A stretch of DNA of 63,931 nucleotides, counting the filler, from Octopus bimaculoides (lineage: Eukaryota): assembly GCF_001194135.2 (NCBI RefSeq). It is 6 parts of 6 records of this genome, joined end to end, with 100 filler letters (N's around TTAATTAATTAA, not from the genome) between each part and the next. Parts side by side here need not be neighbours in the genome. Positions count along the whole stretch, not along the records: positions 20,273 to 50,570 come from NC_068983.1; 5 more parts are not named here. One strand, given 5' to 3'. Positions 25,760-38,894 of this stretch are shown here, in pieces. Position 1 is the first letter of the stretch; each line of letters begins with the position of its first letter. The notes under the pieces were generated by a model that was given only the letters and a program-made list of their open reading frames with translations, was not told the DNA's origin and did not search any database. A program made the translations under genes and the position numbers.

Positions 25760-26280
25760 CATTATTATCATTATTATTTATTGAATGAGAGAGCAGTGCA
25801 TGCCGTCAGAGCGACATTGGGGTACAAATATACGAAGCCCATTATACTCATCGTGACTGCCCGTCTGATAAGGGTACACCAGGCACATGCATCACAACCG
25901 TATGTGCACGACATGATGATCTCATATCAAAATAAACAGCGCATGACTTCGCAGTTGGGGGGAGGGCAGTTAGAATTTTCTTCAGGTCGAGTGGCCCATC
26001 CCGCTCAAAAGGTCTCTGAATAAGGATTGTTTAAGGATGTTGAGCAAAACACCCATGTTTCCAAACGTGAATTATTCAAACCCCAAAGAATTCCTCTCAA
26101 CACATCGCTATGATTCTCCCCCACTACTTCTACTCATGATCAAAGATGCACATATCGTCAGCCACCAAGGGACATGCTCAAATGGTTAAGGTCAAACAAC
26201 TTACAAGCAAATTTGTGGTATTAAGCAGAATATTTGCTGTAGCCCATCTTTTATAACAAGAACAAACAATGTACATAATT
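25700..26280 (-). mobile_element. Probable non-LTR retroelement 3' end with (TAA)n tail
   Basis: CpG-rich block abutting the (TAT)n array at 25700-25780; family recalled, not demonstrable within the window. Confidence 0.4.
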
Positions 26281-27078
26281 ATTTTAATACTAAAGTCAAA
26301 TTGTGATAAATAATTCTGTGAAAAATCAAACAGACGACATATCAGCTTGTCACTTAGTAAGAGTTACACTTACAACGCGAGTCACACTCACATTGTATAA
26401 GCCACACTAACATTGCACGAACTGGTAGACGCTATCACTTTGGAAATCTCGTGCAAAATCTCTCTATTGTAACAGTCGGATATTTAGAGGTCCACAAAGA
26501 AACCAGAAATATAGAAGGAATCTCTACTGAAATATTAGAACAAAAACATTGGTTAAACTCATAACGAAGATACAGGACCAACGAGGCATGGACCAACATT
26601 CAGCCATAAAGTGACAACAAATCGTATAGAAAATAAATTAAGGTGGTGCTCCAGCATGGCTGCAGTTCTGCAACTAAAATCTTTAAAATAATAAAAGTGT
26701 ATAAGAATAGTATTTGTCATATAAACATACTAAAGGAAAAAAGAATGACCAAGAGAAAAAGGAATAGACGAAAGACCGTTGACTACTCAAAACTCAAATG
26801 ATAAATAACCAGTTGTTAGCGTCAAACAAGGGTGACTGATCTATACCGAGGAAGAAAAACATAACAGCAAAGAAAACAAGCTATATATATCGTCATATAA
26901 ACGCGTAAATTTTAGATGAAGCAAAAATTTTGTCTGGGAAAGGTCACAGATTCGAGCGACAAAATTTTGTGACCATATTACGAACAAAAATGTTTAAGTG
27001 AAATTAACAGTCTGTGTGTTTCAGGCTGTAATCCATTTCGTTTCAAATCACGATCGCAGATCAAAGCATTCTATGCAA

Positions 27079-27110
<32 letters not shown>

Positions 27111-27369
27111 NNNNNNNNNNNNNNNNNNNNNNNNNNNNNNNNNNNNNNNNNNNNNNNNNNNNNNNNNNNNNNNNNNNNNNNNNNNNNNNNNNNNNNNNNN
27201 NNNNNNNNNNATACTGAAAATTTAGAAATAGCAGTCAAAGAACTACTGATTCCAAACTGCTAATCCCTGTATATTTATGATGATAAATAGTTTTTTTCAT
27301 ACTGAACTACTTGGCAAAATTGTTAATTATTAATTCTATTATTAATTGACGATTCTCTGCCCTTATTCT

Positions 27370-27402
<33 letters not shown>

Positions 27403-27725
27403 GCTTATCAATTTATGTTGCAAGATTTCTGATATGAAATCGTGTGTTGAAACCGATATTGTTGTATTTCGGGATGATCATTTTTTTTTTTCGTCACATA
27501 AATATACGCACGATATATATTTTTTCTTCACTCGTTTATTACTTTTCTCATTTTTTATTCTAACTCATGTCCATCGTCCGGAAATCTTTCGTCATGCATC
27601 TGTAACTTCCTCAGCGACACTTTTCGTTTTCATGTGTCTTCTTGCTCCACTTACTCCATTCTGTTCTTCTAAGGTGCGTATCCTTATGTGCGCATTCGTT
27701 TGTGACCTTGTTTGTGTGTGTGCTT

Positions 27726-27779
<54 letters not shown>

Positions 27780-29807
27780 GTGTGCGTGTGTGTGTGAGAT
27801 AGTCTTTAGCAGCAGTGTGGCCTTCCCCTCAGCAACCCCATCTTCTAAACCCTATGTGCTGCTGCTGTCCTAAGACCCGAAAATATGGTACAGTACCTGT
27901 ATTCCGTGCATGTGTGTTCGCCCACGGTATTGCCATCGTGGTAGATGTCGTTGTTGTTGTTGTTATTGCCAACGTTGTCACCATCGTTGTGGCTGTCGTT
28001 GTTACTCGACTAAAGGCGGTACTCCAGCACTTATATATATATTTAGTTTGGAGGAAATCATTCTATTGACAGATATTTAAAAGTGGTCATGTATTTGATT
28101 AGGAGGATTTCTACTGACTTATAAAGTGAAGCTAAAAAAGATTTGGTTTGAAACAAGTCTTATTGATGTAAAACTAAGAGATGTGTAATTTTCGGGCGGT
28201 GATTTTGAAAATGACTTTTTGTTTCGCGAAGATAATTTAATACAAAAGTAGTATTAAAAAAATGTACGAGAGACGTAAAATTTTACATAATTAATTATAA
28301 AATATGGTTAATAAATAGTTATATATATATATATATNNNNNNNNNNNNNNNNNNNNNNNNNNNNNNNNNNNNNNNNNNNNNNNNNNNNNNNNNNNNNNNN
28401 NNNNNNNNNNNNNNNNNNNNNNNNNNNNNNNNNNNNNNNNNNNNNNNNNNNNNNNNNNNNNNNNNNNNNNNNNNNNNNNNNNNNNNNNNNNNNNNNNNNN
28501 NNNNNNNNNNNNNNNNNNNNNNNNNNNNNNATATATATATATATATATACTCCTTGATTCTACTTATGTTGGCCCGTAAAACAATTCTAACGGCTTTATC
28601 CTCCATGCTTCATTCAAATTCAACGACTGTAATATTTTATAGAAATGAACTCCTTGATTTTCGTAGAGAAAACACTTCATACTTGCTTAGGTATACAGAG
28701 AGATGAATATAAGTCGTGAAAATAATCTTAAAATAATATCTTATCTCAAATAATATTGTCGTTTACAGGATTTTGTCGTATCAGTTATATATATGAGTGA
28801 GAAACAAGTTATTTCGAGAACAATTTGATATGTGTTGAAACAATGGAATTATTTAATCACAAGCACCATACAGAAAACATAAGATATCAAATTAAAAGAA
28901 ATTTTGTCTAAATGAATACACTGAAAATATATGCTAGATCATAAATAATTGTAAGGTAACATTAATGTGGATTAAGATAATATGAAGAGAGAAAATGATA
29001 ACAGTTTGTATAAAATGTACAAAATACATTGTAATTATATATATGTATACGAACAAAGAAATGAAAAAAACAACATAGATATCTTGTAGTAACATTGTCT
29101 ATTACTCCTATTACATATCAATAATAAGTATGTGTATATCTTGAAACAGTGACATTATCTAATCAAATAACATAAAGAGAATAAATTATATCAAATTAAA
29201 TGAGTGAAAGTGAATACATAGAACAGATTTAAGAATAGAGATTCTGAGAAGGGAAATGTTAAAGTCAATTAAAATAAAGTCAGGCTAAAAGAAAAGGAAG
29301 TAGAGATAAAAAAAACAATGTGAAACAAATGCAGAAGACTTTATAATATGGAATAATTACTGGCTATGTGAGCAAGAAATCAGCTCAATTAGAAGATGGC
29401 AAAAAGCAAACTGCAATAAACTGAAGTAATATAAACTTAATCACGTTTAATAAATTGATGGTTCAATAGGAAATCGTAAGTATCATATTCAATAATTAAG
29501 TAAATATAATAAATGGAGAAATAATAATTGAGTCTCAGTTTAATCAATTAATTAAATATCTCAAAACGTGGAATCCTGCCAGAGTCAAGAATTTTTGTCA
29601 GATACTATTGTGAAGTGAGTTAGTTCTCCTATGTATTGTTTTAAAGTATGAAGGGTATGAAGAAGTATGAAAGTATAAAGAAAAAATACAGTTAGTGGCA
29701 AAGTATGCGTTTGTTAGAAGTAAAGGACTTCATTTTGAAATTGTTTCTATCTGGGTAAAAATAAATTATAAATATGATAATAGGAGGTTACTAGAAATAG
29801 GAATCAA

Positions 29808-30041
29808 GCGGTGAGCTGGCAGAAGTGTTAATACGCCGGCGAAATGCTTAGCGGTATTTCCTTTGCCGTTACGTTCTGAGTTCAAATTCCGCCCAGTTCA
29901 ACTTTGCCTTTCATCCTTTTGGGGTCTATAAATTAAGTACCAGTTATGTACTAGGGTCGATGTATTCGACCTAATCCCTTTGTCTGTCTTTGTTTGTCCC
30001 CTCTATGTTTAGCCCCTTGTGGACAATAAAGAAATAAGAAA
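29808..30041 (+). mobile_element. Full-length tRNA SINE
   Basis: Aligns over its full length to 59188-59416. Confidence 0.9.
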
Positions 30042-30447
30042 TATAATAATATACCCAAAAAAAAGTGTGGGGGTTGTGTGTAAGTTTGAAATGTTTTCAT
30101 GTTCTAAGTATCCTATATCTGTTTCTGTCAGATGAGACAAATTCCAAGAGTTGATTAAGTGGGTGCATGCTGGTGAATAAGATTTTCCAACATTCTGAGA
30201 GAAACGGGCAAAATCTTTAAATGTCAATATAAGGTTTTGCGACCGATAAAAATTTCCATTTTATATTTGTTAAATCTAAATTCAAAATAGCGTTTTGTTG
30301 AAAGAAATAAACTTCTTTGTTCTAGTTTCTTAAAGTGTGTATATATTGAAAATAAATTTCGAAAGAAGTGGCAATTAAACCTATATGGGATACAGAAGTC
30401 CAGCTTGTAAATATTGTGATAAAAGTTACCTTCTCTATTGAAACCGA

Positions 30448-30668
30448 CTCATAAGGGCCAATTTCCCGGTTTCATGGCGTATATATTCCCCACCTGGATG
30501 GAACGCTGGTCCGTCGCAGGATTAGTCATTCTTGCCAGCTGAGAGGACTAGAGCGATGTGAAATGAAGTATGTTGCTCAAGAACACAACGCGTCACCCGG
30601 TCCAGGAATCGAAACTAGAATTTTACGATCAGGAGTCCAACACCTTAACCACTAAGCCACACGTTTTC
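30448..30668 (-). mobile_element. tRNA-derived SINE, third family
   Basis: Minus-strand A box TGGCTTAGTGG and B box GTTTCGATTCC; tail matches 38246-38290. Confidence 0.8.
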
Positions 30669-32369
30669 ATTTAAATACTGTGGTGCAATAAACTGATTAT
30701 TTATTTGATTTTGTAATTTCTTTCAAGTGGACAACTGCTGGTGTTAATATAATTGCACTTAGATATATTTTGTTTGGTGAAACGTCGAAGTAACTACCAC
30801 TTAAATAAAATGACAATTTAACAAAGCCATATTGTCCATCCTTTAGATATTCCGATGAAAAAATGCCAAGGCTTATCTTCACATATAATATTTTTCCAAT
30901 GAATTGGCAGAAACAGGAGGATATCGGATATAAACGAGTTTCCTTCTGTTTATGTTACGAATCAATATGCACAGTAATCTGTTCGATTGCCTGTTATCTT
31001 AATCGAATAATCAGCCAACTGCAGTGGGATTATTGGCATAATAAGGTAATATCTACGTGGTCACTCAATCTGCAAGAAATAGCATTCGCATCTCTCTCAA
31101 ATCCCGTTCTACCTCATCTTCAAAATGAAGGAACATATTTAGTAATTTAGTTCTGGATAGCACAAAATAGTGATCAAAATTATGTTGATCAGAAATCTAT
31201 TTGATTATGGTTGACCTTGAATAAAACAATGAGAAAACCCTTCGAGAAAAACTAACTGCATTCACTTGATGTTGTACTAATTATTACTGCTGCTGCTGTT
31301 GTAGTTGGGTGAATATTTTTGAATGCGTATATATGTGCATCTCTATAGGTATTCGTTCATTCTTTCCCTTATGTTCCCTTTTATAAGTTAATTTTTGTTG
31401 CGCGGTTCTAAAGTCGCGTACCGCCCCAAGCTGTAGTTAATTCAGCACCGGAAATATTCGTATAATATATAGTGTGCTAATAATCTTACCTTTGGCCATG
31501 AATTCAGGATCTTGTACCGGCAGATTCCTCTTCTCCTTTTTTTTTTCTGAACGGGAGTCTGTTAGAAGTCTAGTTAGGCATTTTCCTTAGATCTAATTTG
31601 TGGTCAAGAATACTGCTGTGTAAATTATTGTGCTGAATTACAAGCGAGTCACTTCTTTGTTTCGTTAAACACATAAGAATCATACGTGTGTAATCATTCT
31701 TTATGCAACGAATTATGACAAAGCGTAAAGAGAAGAAAACTTTGCTCGTTTTTCGTCATTGCACGCATACCATACACTCAGGCCATTTATACAAGGAAGC
31801 ATATGCTACACTTGACAGGCCATCTCAGCAGGCATTTGGAGGTTGTAAGCCATACATTTCCAGCTATTACACTATTACATGAATCCCTACTCTCAGCTGT
31901 AAAGAGACACCTTAAAGAACACGACTACAAGAGTTTCCTATGAATACAATCTCTCAAACTCTCAAAGCGAAAATATGTGATATGGAAATATAGCAGCAGA
32001 AAGGAAACATTATTTATAATATTGTCAGATGCTGCATAGCATAATATTAAAGGCAGAACGGCTGTCTCGTTCGCACTACCTGTACCTTGTTCCTGCCAGT
32101 AGAATCTGAACCAGTGACAGGTAGCTCATGATATCTCCACCTGCTAGAAATATCAGGTAAATCTCCATTGATTCATACCTTGTTAACTTAGAAGTAGGAA
32201 GTGCACATTCGATAATATCATCCAAGATACATAATGTCTGGAAAAACACTTCATGTTTTTGATTATAAATCAGTTAACCCACCACAAAAACTATCAACAC
32301 CACCATTATCACGACCACTTCCCGATTACGATCAACATCACCACCACTACCACAACAACAACAACATTC

Positions 32370-32400
<31 letters not shown>

Positions 32401-33552
32401 CATACAGACTGATAGACAGACAGACAGAAATCGTCTAGACAGTAGAAAGATTACAAAATATAGAGAATGCGAAACTATAACACATGAACCACTGCATGTT
32501 AGAATGTTCAATATGTTACCGAACTAGATGAAAATATGGCACAGTTGGAGCTATGAATCTGTAGATCATACATTGATGCTCGGTTGTCTACCTGTTACTA
32601 TACAACAATTGCAATTCACATTACGCTGGGTACACACCACCAAATGAATGGTATCACCATTCATTATGGAAGGATTTTCAAGATGCACATATAGAGTTAA
32701 AATTACATTTCCCAAGAAAAATATTTAATTTTGATATATGCCGGTTCTCACTTCAGCTTTCTAGCAAACCAGAATATTTGTTGAGTTTATACATTGGTGA
32801 TCTATCTATGGTTCGTGACTTCAAATCCAATGATAGCTTTCATTGTGTTTCTCAGCAGAATAGTTTACGGGCCATAGGTAATAGAGATGTTGTAAATAAT
32901 ACCAGATCCTCTGTGAGAATTTAATTACGGCAGATTAGCATCCCCTGACAAGTCGGAGAATGAAATTAGAAACGTTCGTATGCTTCTCTCTGGCTTCTGA
33001 AAAGATTAATCGCTGCACACTGTGGTTGACTTAACTACTCACTTTCTTGTTTCGGATGATAATTTAAGAACATTCGATTCCTCTGTCCATTCGATTTCTT
33101 TGGAACGACTGCAAAAGGTTATAATTTACATGACCCAGAAATGAAAAGGCTATACTTTATTTCATACATTTAACGAGACCATATTTAAAAGTTTCATATA
33201 CATCAGTAACGGCCTATAAGTAAATGATTTTTATCATGGTCTTGCCGTTTAGTTGCATGTTTAAATAGCAAGACGCGTGGTTAACCGACAAACCTGGAAG
33301 CAACATACGACAAATCGTTTTATTAGAATATTGATTTCTTATATAGACACAAGGTCACAGATTTGCAAGTGAGGTCCGATCAATAGTTTGTGACGTTCAC
33401 ATTTCATATATTATTCAACTTCATGCATTTCTCATGAGAAGTGAAGTGATTGGCATTAAGTGGAGAAAGAAGCCAGTATGTGGACTAGCATCATTCGAAA
33501 CTTATGTCTTACAATACTATACTCTATAGAATATCAATTCTGATAAATATTT

Positions 33553-33787
33553 GAAATGGCTGACAACGTAGGAACAAAATTTTGTTATTTGTTAGGTTGT
33601 TCTTGATGAAAGAGTTATACCTTGGGCTTTTCAAGCCATCCAAAATCGGGAACATTGACGTGGTTAATGCGCTTCTTGAATAAATTTACTGCAATTTGAC
33701 AACTGCAGAAAGAACATGAGTAGGGAGGGATTTCTAGTGTGGGCTGGTATTCTGAAGGGTGGGTTAGGGTTTAATGCGGATGCTTTG
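33553..33787 (+). repeat. Donor of a 235-bp inverted duplication
   Basis: Reverse complement of 37703-37937 with 2 mismatches. Confidence 0.95.
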
Positions 33788-33963
33788 GATGGTGAATGCT
33801 GAAGTGCTGACAAGAGACACGAATGAATTGCAAGAAGAGGAAGGGAGATGTTATGAGACCTGCCATTCCGAAGAACAGAAGACAATAATGTAGCAGCGAT
33901 AGAAAGGGCAGAGGGGAGATACAGCAATTCCGTGGGACAGAATTAGAGGATACAGTTCTATGT

Positions 33964-34127
33964 TTAAGAGATGAGGAATTCATAGGGAAATTTCGAACCT
34001 GGGTTCTCATTCGAAATTTCCCCAAGACACCTGAAGAAGGCTGGAGGGTATATCAGCCGAAACGTTGTGTTAACAACAAACAAGATGAGGACAAATATCC
34101 GTCGAATGTAAATAATGTAAATAATGT
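33964..34127 (+). mobile_element. Hammerhead-bearing short repeat with inverted 5' segment and ~15-bp flanking direct repeat
   Basis: acagaattagaggat at 33937-33951 and 34128-34142; 33964-33980 and 33985-34011 are inverted pieces of the element. Confidence 0.8.
34026..34071 (+). ncRNA. Minimal type I hammerhead ribozyme, intact core
   Basis: Stem I GACAC/GTGTT; core CTGAAGA; stem II GGCTG/CAGCC; GAAA; palindromic AACGTT helix III; predicted cleavage after GUU at 34066. Confidence 0.75.
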
Positions 34128-34456
34128 ACAGAATTAGAGGATGTTCTTACGAATTAGTTGAGTGGTCATTTTTATTAATTACTTCAAAGTTCATACCTCA
34201 CCTGAGTTAACATTGTTCTTCATTCTTCTAAATCTCATGAATTACCAAAAGAAAGAAAATTAGCATACCAGTTCACAAGTACAAATATTTTTTTTAAACT
34301 CCTTGAGTAAGGAAAAAGTAGTATCGGCAGAAAGCAGTACTGTCATCTTGCAAAATTTCTTTCTTTTGTGTGTGTTCGTGTGTGTTTGCTTGTGACGCAA
34401 AGCATGGTTTTTTGAAAAAGAGCTTGCAAGAGAGAGGGAGAGAGAGNNNNNNNNNN

Positions 34457-34501
<45 letters not shown>

Positions 34502-35508
34502 GTTAACCGTTTCAGTTAGTGAGAATGAGACGGCAGTAGAGCTGAGTGAAAAAGCAATGGTTGTAACATGAATCAAAACTGTGTTCCGAACATGAAATCC
34601 AAGGAGATTTACTACAATCTATTATGTTACTGCTTACACACAGTCTCAGTCTAGACCAGGTACTCCTATTATCAAAACGTGCAATTCATGGCCATCCCAA
34701 CTCATTTTCTGATAATGCATTGAAAACTACATAACCTAAAACTATCCTTCTTGCATGTAATTTTATTCAAGTCGTACTTTTATTCAGATCACAAAGTACG
34801 TGTGGATAGAGAATAATTTGGTTGTTATTTCAGGCACCAGGAGTGACTTCGTAGAACCCCAACACCACCACCACCACCATCACTTCCATCACCGCCACTC
34901 CAGCCACCATCATTGGCTCGTTTATCACCAGTCCACAATATCAAGTATAAAATTAAAATGAAAAGACATAATATTGATTCTTTGTTAATTTCTTTGAGTT
35001 CATCTCCTCCAAAATTGTTCAATTACTTCGCTATTTAAAATGTAAATATGCAAGATTGGAAGATAACTTTTATCGACCCAAGTTTTATGCGTATCAAATT
35101 AGCTCTATAAATATATCTCTTCTAAAAGAGGAAAAAAAAAACGCATACACACACACAGAAGAGACAATGGATAACTTTAAGTTCTATTATTCTGTATCAT
35201 CAGTATGTTAAGTCCATTGAGCATTGTTCGGACGCCAAGTAACCGGAATGATCGTTAGGAAACCTGATTGCAACAAAGGCCTTGTTATCGTCATTTGCAT
35301 ATTATTTCTGAATATAGTCATATTTTTCAAGTTTGTCTAATTTTCTAAAGTGCTTTGTTAAATAAAAGAAATGGAGGTGGGGCGAGAATTTGAACAAAAT
35401 GAAATACACAGCCATACACGCAAATAAACATACAAAGATACTTGTGTACATACACACTCACACACGTACGTACATACTTACATGCACACATACATACATA
35501 CATACATG

Positions 35509-35551
<43 letters not shown>

Positions 35552-35566
35552 ATATGTTTATACATG

Positions 35567-35599
<33 letters not shown>

Positions 35600-35624
<25 letters not shown>

Positions 35625-35643
35625 CACACACAGAGAAAGGCAC

Positions 35644-35716
<73 letters not shown>

Positions 35717-35769
35717 TAGAGAAAGACAGAGAGAGAGAGAGAAAGACTCAAAGAGAGAGAGAAAGACAC

Positions 35770-35802
<33 letters not shown>

Positions 35803-35871
35803 AAGACACAGAGAGAGAGAAAGACACAGAGAGAGAGAGAGAAAGACACAGAGAGAGAGAGAGAAAGACAC

Positions 35872-35906
<35 letters not shown>

Positions 35907-35989
35907 AAGAGAGAGAGGCAGAGAGTAACACAAACAGACGGAACGTGTAAAGAATATGAGTATGAGAGGATGATAGACAGAGAGACAAA

Positions 35990-36065
<76 letters not shown>
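35600..36065. repeat. GA-rich minisatellite (GAGAGAGAAAGACA units) and (GAAA)n
   Basis: Direct; source of the ERER and SLSL ORFs. Confidence 0.95.
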
Positions 36066-36066
<1 letters not shown>

Positions 36067-36521
36067 GGAGAGAAAATGGATGGTTATAATGTGACAAGAA
36101 TATAATGATACAATAGAGTCGAACAATGAAATTGAGAAATTGAGTAAGAAATAAGAGAGAGAAAGGAAAGAGAGAAAAAAAAATGGAAAGAAAAGTCTTT
36201 AAAGTTAGAAGTTAAGATGAGGAGGAAGGAAAAGGGAGGTGAAGAGGAAAATGGAGGTGAAGAGGAAAAGCATAAATACGAACAAAAGATTTGGAAGAAA
36301 AATAATTGTAAGAAAAAAAATCTTTTTTTTTACGAATGGACAAAAACAAAAGACGCAATTAATGAACGAATGAATAATTTATATATACATACGTACTTAT
36401 GTATACAAACATATATATATATATATATAAAACGCACACACACATATAATAAATATATATACATATACATACAAATATATATATATAAATATATACATAT
36501 ACACACACACATATATACATA

Positions 36522-36754
36522 TTTATTTCTTTATTGCCCACAAGGGGCTAAACATAGAGGGGACAAACAAGGACAGACAAAGGGATTAAGTCGATTATAT
36601 CGAACCCAGTTCGTCACTTGTACTTAATTTATCGACTCCGAAAGGATGAAAGGCAAAGTCGACCTCGGCGGAATTTGAACTCAGAACGTAACGGCAGACG
36701 AAATACAATTAAGCATTTCGCCCGGCATGCTAACGATTCTGCCAGCTCGCCGCC
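36522..36754 (-). mobile_element. Full-length tRNA SINE
   Basis: Reverse complement of 59188-59416. Confidence 0.92.
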
Positions 36755-36790
36755 TTACACACACACACACACACACACATACACACACAC

Positions 36791-36822
<32 letters not shown>

Positions 36823-37320
36823 CTGTGTCTGTGTGTGTGTGTGTGTGTATACATACATATTTGTGTTACACACACACACACAAACACACACACACATATA
36901 TATATATATGTGTGTGTGTGTGTGTATGTGTGTGTGTGTGTAACACAAATATATATGTATATAATATATGAGTAATAACACTCACACGTATATATATGTT
37001 TGTATGTTTATCTATACAAATAGAAAAAAGGCAATGAGATTATTAGAGAAATATGGCAATGCCTTTAAAAGAAAACCAAATGGTTAGAAATATATAGCGG
37101 CAGTATGTAAGAAAATGGTGAAGCTTTAGAGTTCATAGGCACGTTATATTCTATTTTCAACCTATCAAATATCACAATTCAGTTATTATACTCAGTATAT
37201 ATTCCTACATTTGAAACTAAAACTTGACTTCATCCTAAAGTAATTATCTCGTACTTTCGAACCGAATGCAAAATGCGTATAAGCACCAAACTACCGACAG
37301 TATTTCTGTATGAAAACAGG

Positions 37321-37960
37321 ACGGCGAGCTGGCAGAAACTTTAGCACGCCAGGCGAAATTCCTAGCGTTATTTCGTCTGCCGTTACGTTCTGAGTTCAAA
37401 TTCCGCCGAGGTCGACTTTGCCTTTCATCCTCTCGGGGTCGATAAATTAAGTACAAGTTACGCACTCGATGTAATCGACTTAATCCTGTTGTTTGTCCCC
37501 TCTATGTTTAGCTCCTTGTGGGCAAAAAAGAAATAAGAAACGTTAGCACGCCGGGCGAAATTCTTAGCGGTATTTCGTCTGTCTTCACCTTTTGAGTTCA
37601 CATTCCACCGAAGTCAACTTTGCCTTCTATCCTTTCAGGGTCGATAAATTAAGTACTTCTTGCGTACTGAGGTCGATCTAATCGACTGCCCCACCCCCTC
37701 CACAAAGCATCCGCATTAAACCCTAACCCACCCTTCAGAATACCAACCCACACTAGAAATCCCTCCCTACTCATGTTCTTTCTGCAGTTGTCAAATTGCA
37801 GTAAATTTATTCAAGAAGCGCATTAACCACGTCAATGTTCCCGATTTTGGATGGCTTGAAAAGCCCAAGGTATAACTCTTTCATCAAGATCAACCTAACA
37901 AATAACAAAATTTTGTTCCTACGTTGTCAGCCATTTCGGGACTTGTGCCTAGAGTAAAAT
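37321..37960 (+). mobile_element. tRNA SINE dimer (junction 37541/37542), second unit interrupted by the 235-bp insertion
   Basis: aaataagaaac|gttagcacg junction; tail resumes gggacttgtgcctagag at 37938. Confidence 0.88.
37703..37937 (-). repeat. Inverted 235-bp copy of 33553-33787 inserted in a SINE tail
   Basis: 233/235 identity; SINE sequence continues on both sides. Confidence 0.95.
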
Positions 37961-38049
37961 ACTATTTATAAGATAACAAGCACATTTTATCGCTATAAAA
38001 ATATTCGTCAGCTGTTCAGTAGGCTGTGCTGCTACATTATATTATTATT

Positions 38050-38319
38050 TTTATGCATTCTTTTAAAGCCTAGCCAAGCTCATGGGCCTGGTTCTCCGGT
38101 TTCTATCGCGGTTTCGATTCCCGGTCCGGGCGTTGTGTGTGTTTATTCTGCGAAAACACCAAAAAGCTCCACGAAGGCTCCGACAGGAGGTGGTGGCGAC
38201 CCCTGTTGTACTTTTTCGCCCCAACTTTCTCTCACNNNNNNNNNNGCGGAACACATACGCCATAGAAACCGGGAAACCGGGCCCATGAGCCTGCCTAGGC
38301 TTTAAAAAGGGCGCATAAA
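38050..38319. mobile_element. Chimeric foldback: inverted SINE tails around an OK-like SINE body
   Basis: 46-bp inverted arms 38061-38106 / 38262-38307 (5 mismatches); middle 38107-38235 matches the reverse complement of 18005-18130; contains a 10-N gap. Confidence 0.75.
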
Positions 38320-38894
38320 TAAAAAATGCAATAACCTAAATTGTTAAATTCCCATGTCGCCCCTACTCTTGTCAATGAGCAAAGTTGCGTACTTTTAACT
38401 CAAGTCTCTATGCAATATATATAACTTAAAAATGAAACAACGTGATGTAGTAGTATTGTAATAGAAATCCAAAATCAAAACTTTAGTACTAGAATTTAAT
38501 CGTTTCAAAGATTATTCTTCAAACTTCAGTACTGAACGCAATATCTTGTAACTAATCAAGAGCCCTTCTCTCTACAACCACCATCAGATTTTGAAGGAAG
38601 AGAAAATGAAATTAGATAGTGTTTGATGAAACAGGGTACAATAATAACTGAGTGAATTAGTTTCAAACAGGATACGAAATAAGTAAGTGAACGCTGCTCG
38701 TTATTGTCTCATACAACCCAAGACGTTTGCCACAAGTATTTTCATCACAGTGTTTTCATACACCCTCACAGTCCCCTGCGTATTAATCACGATATAACTG
38801 AGAAAGGCTCCTGCAAATAATTGGTCTATCTTTTTGAAATATTTGAATTAAAAGTAAAATGTAAGATGTAAAATATTCATGAATATCTTATATA

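Noticed and set aside
27855-27900. Second cysteine string MCCCCPKTRKY as an alternative RGS first exon
   Set aside because: Arises from a short (TGC)n run; nearby GT donors give phase 0 or 1, not the phase 2 of the 15909-16159 exon
33553-37937. A 4.4-kb transposon with 235-bp TIRs
   Set aside because: No TSD, no transposase inside, and the right arm interrupts a SINE that continues on both sides; templated insertion fits better
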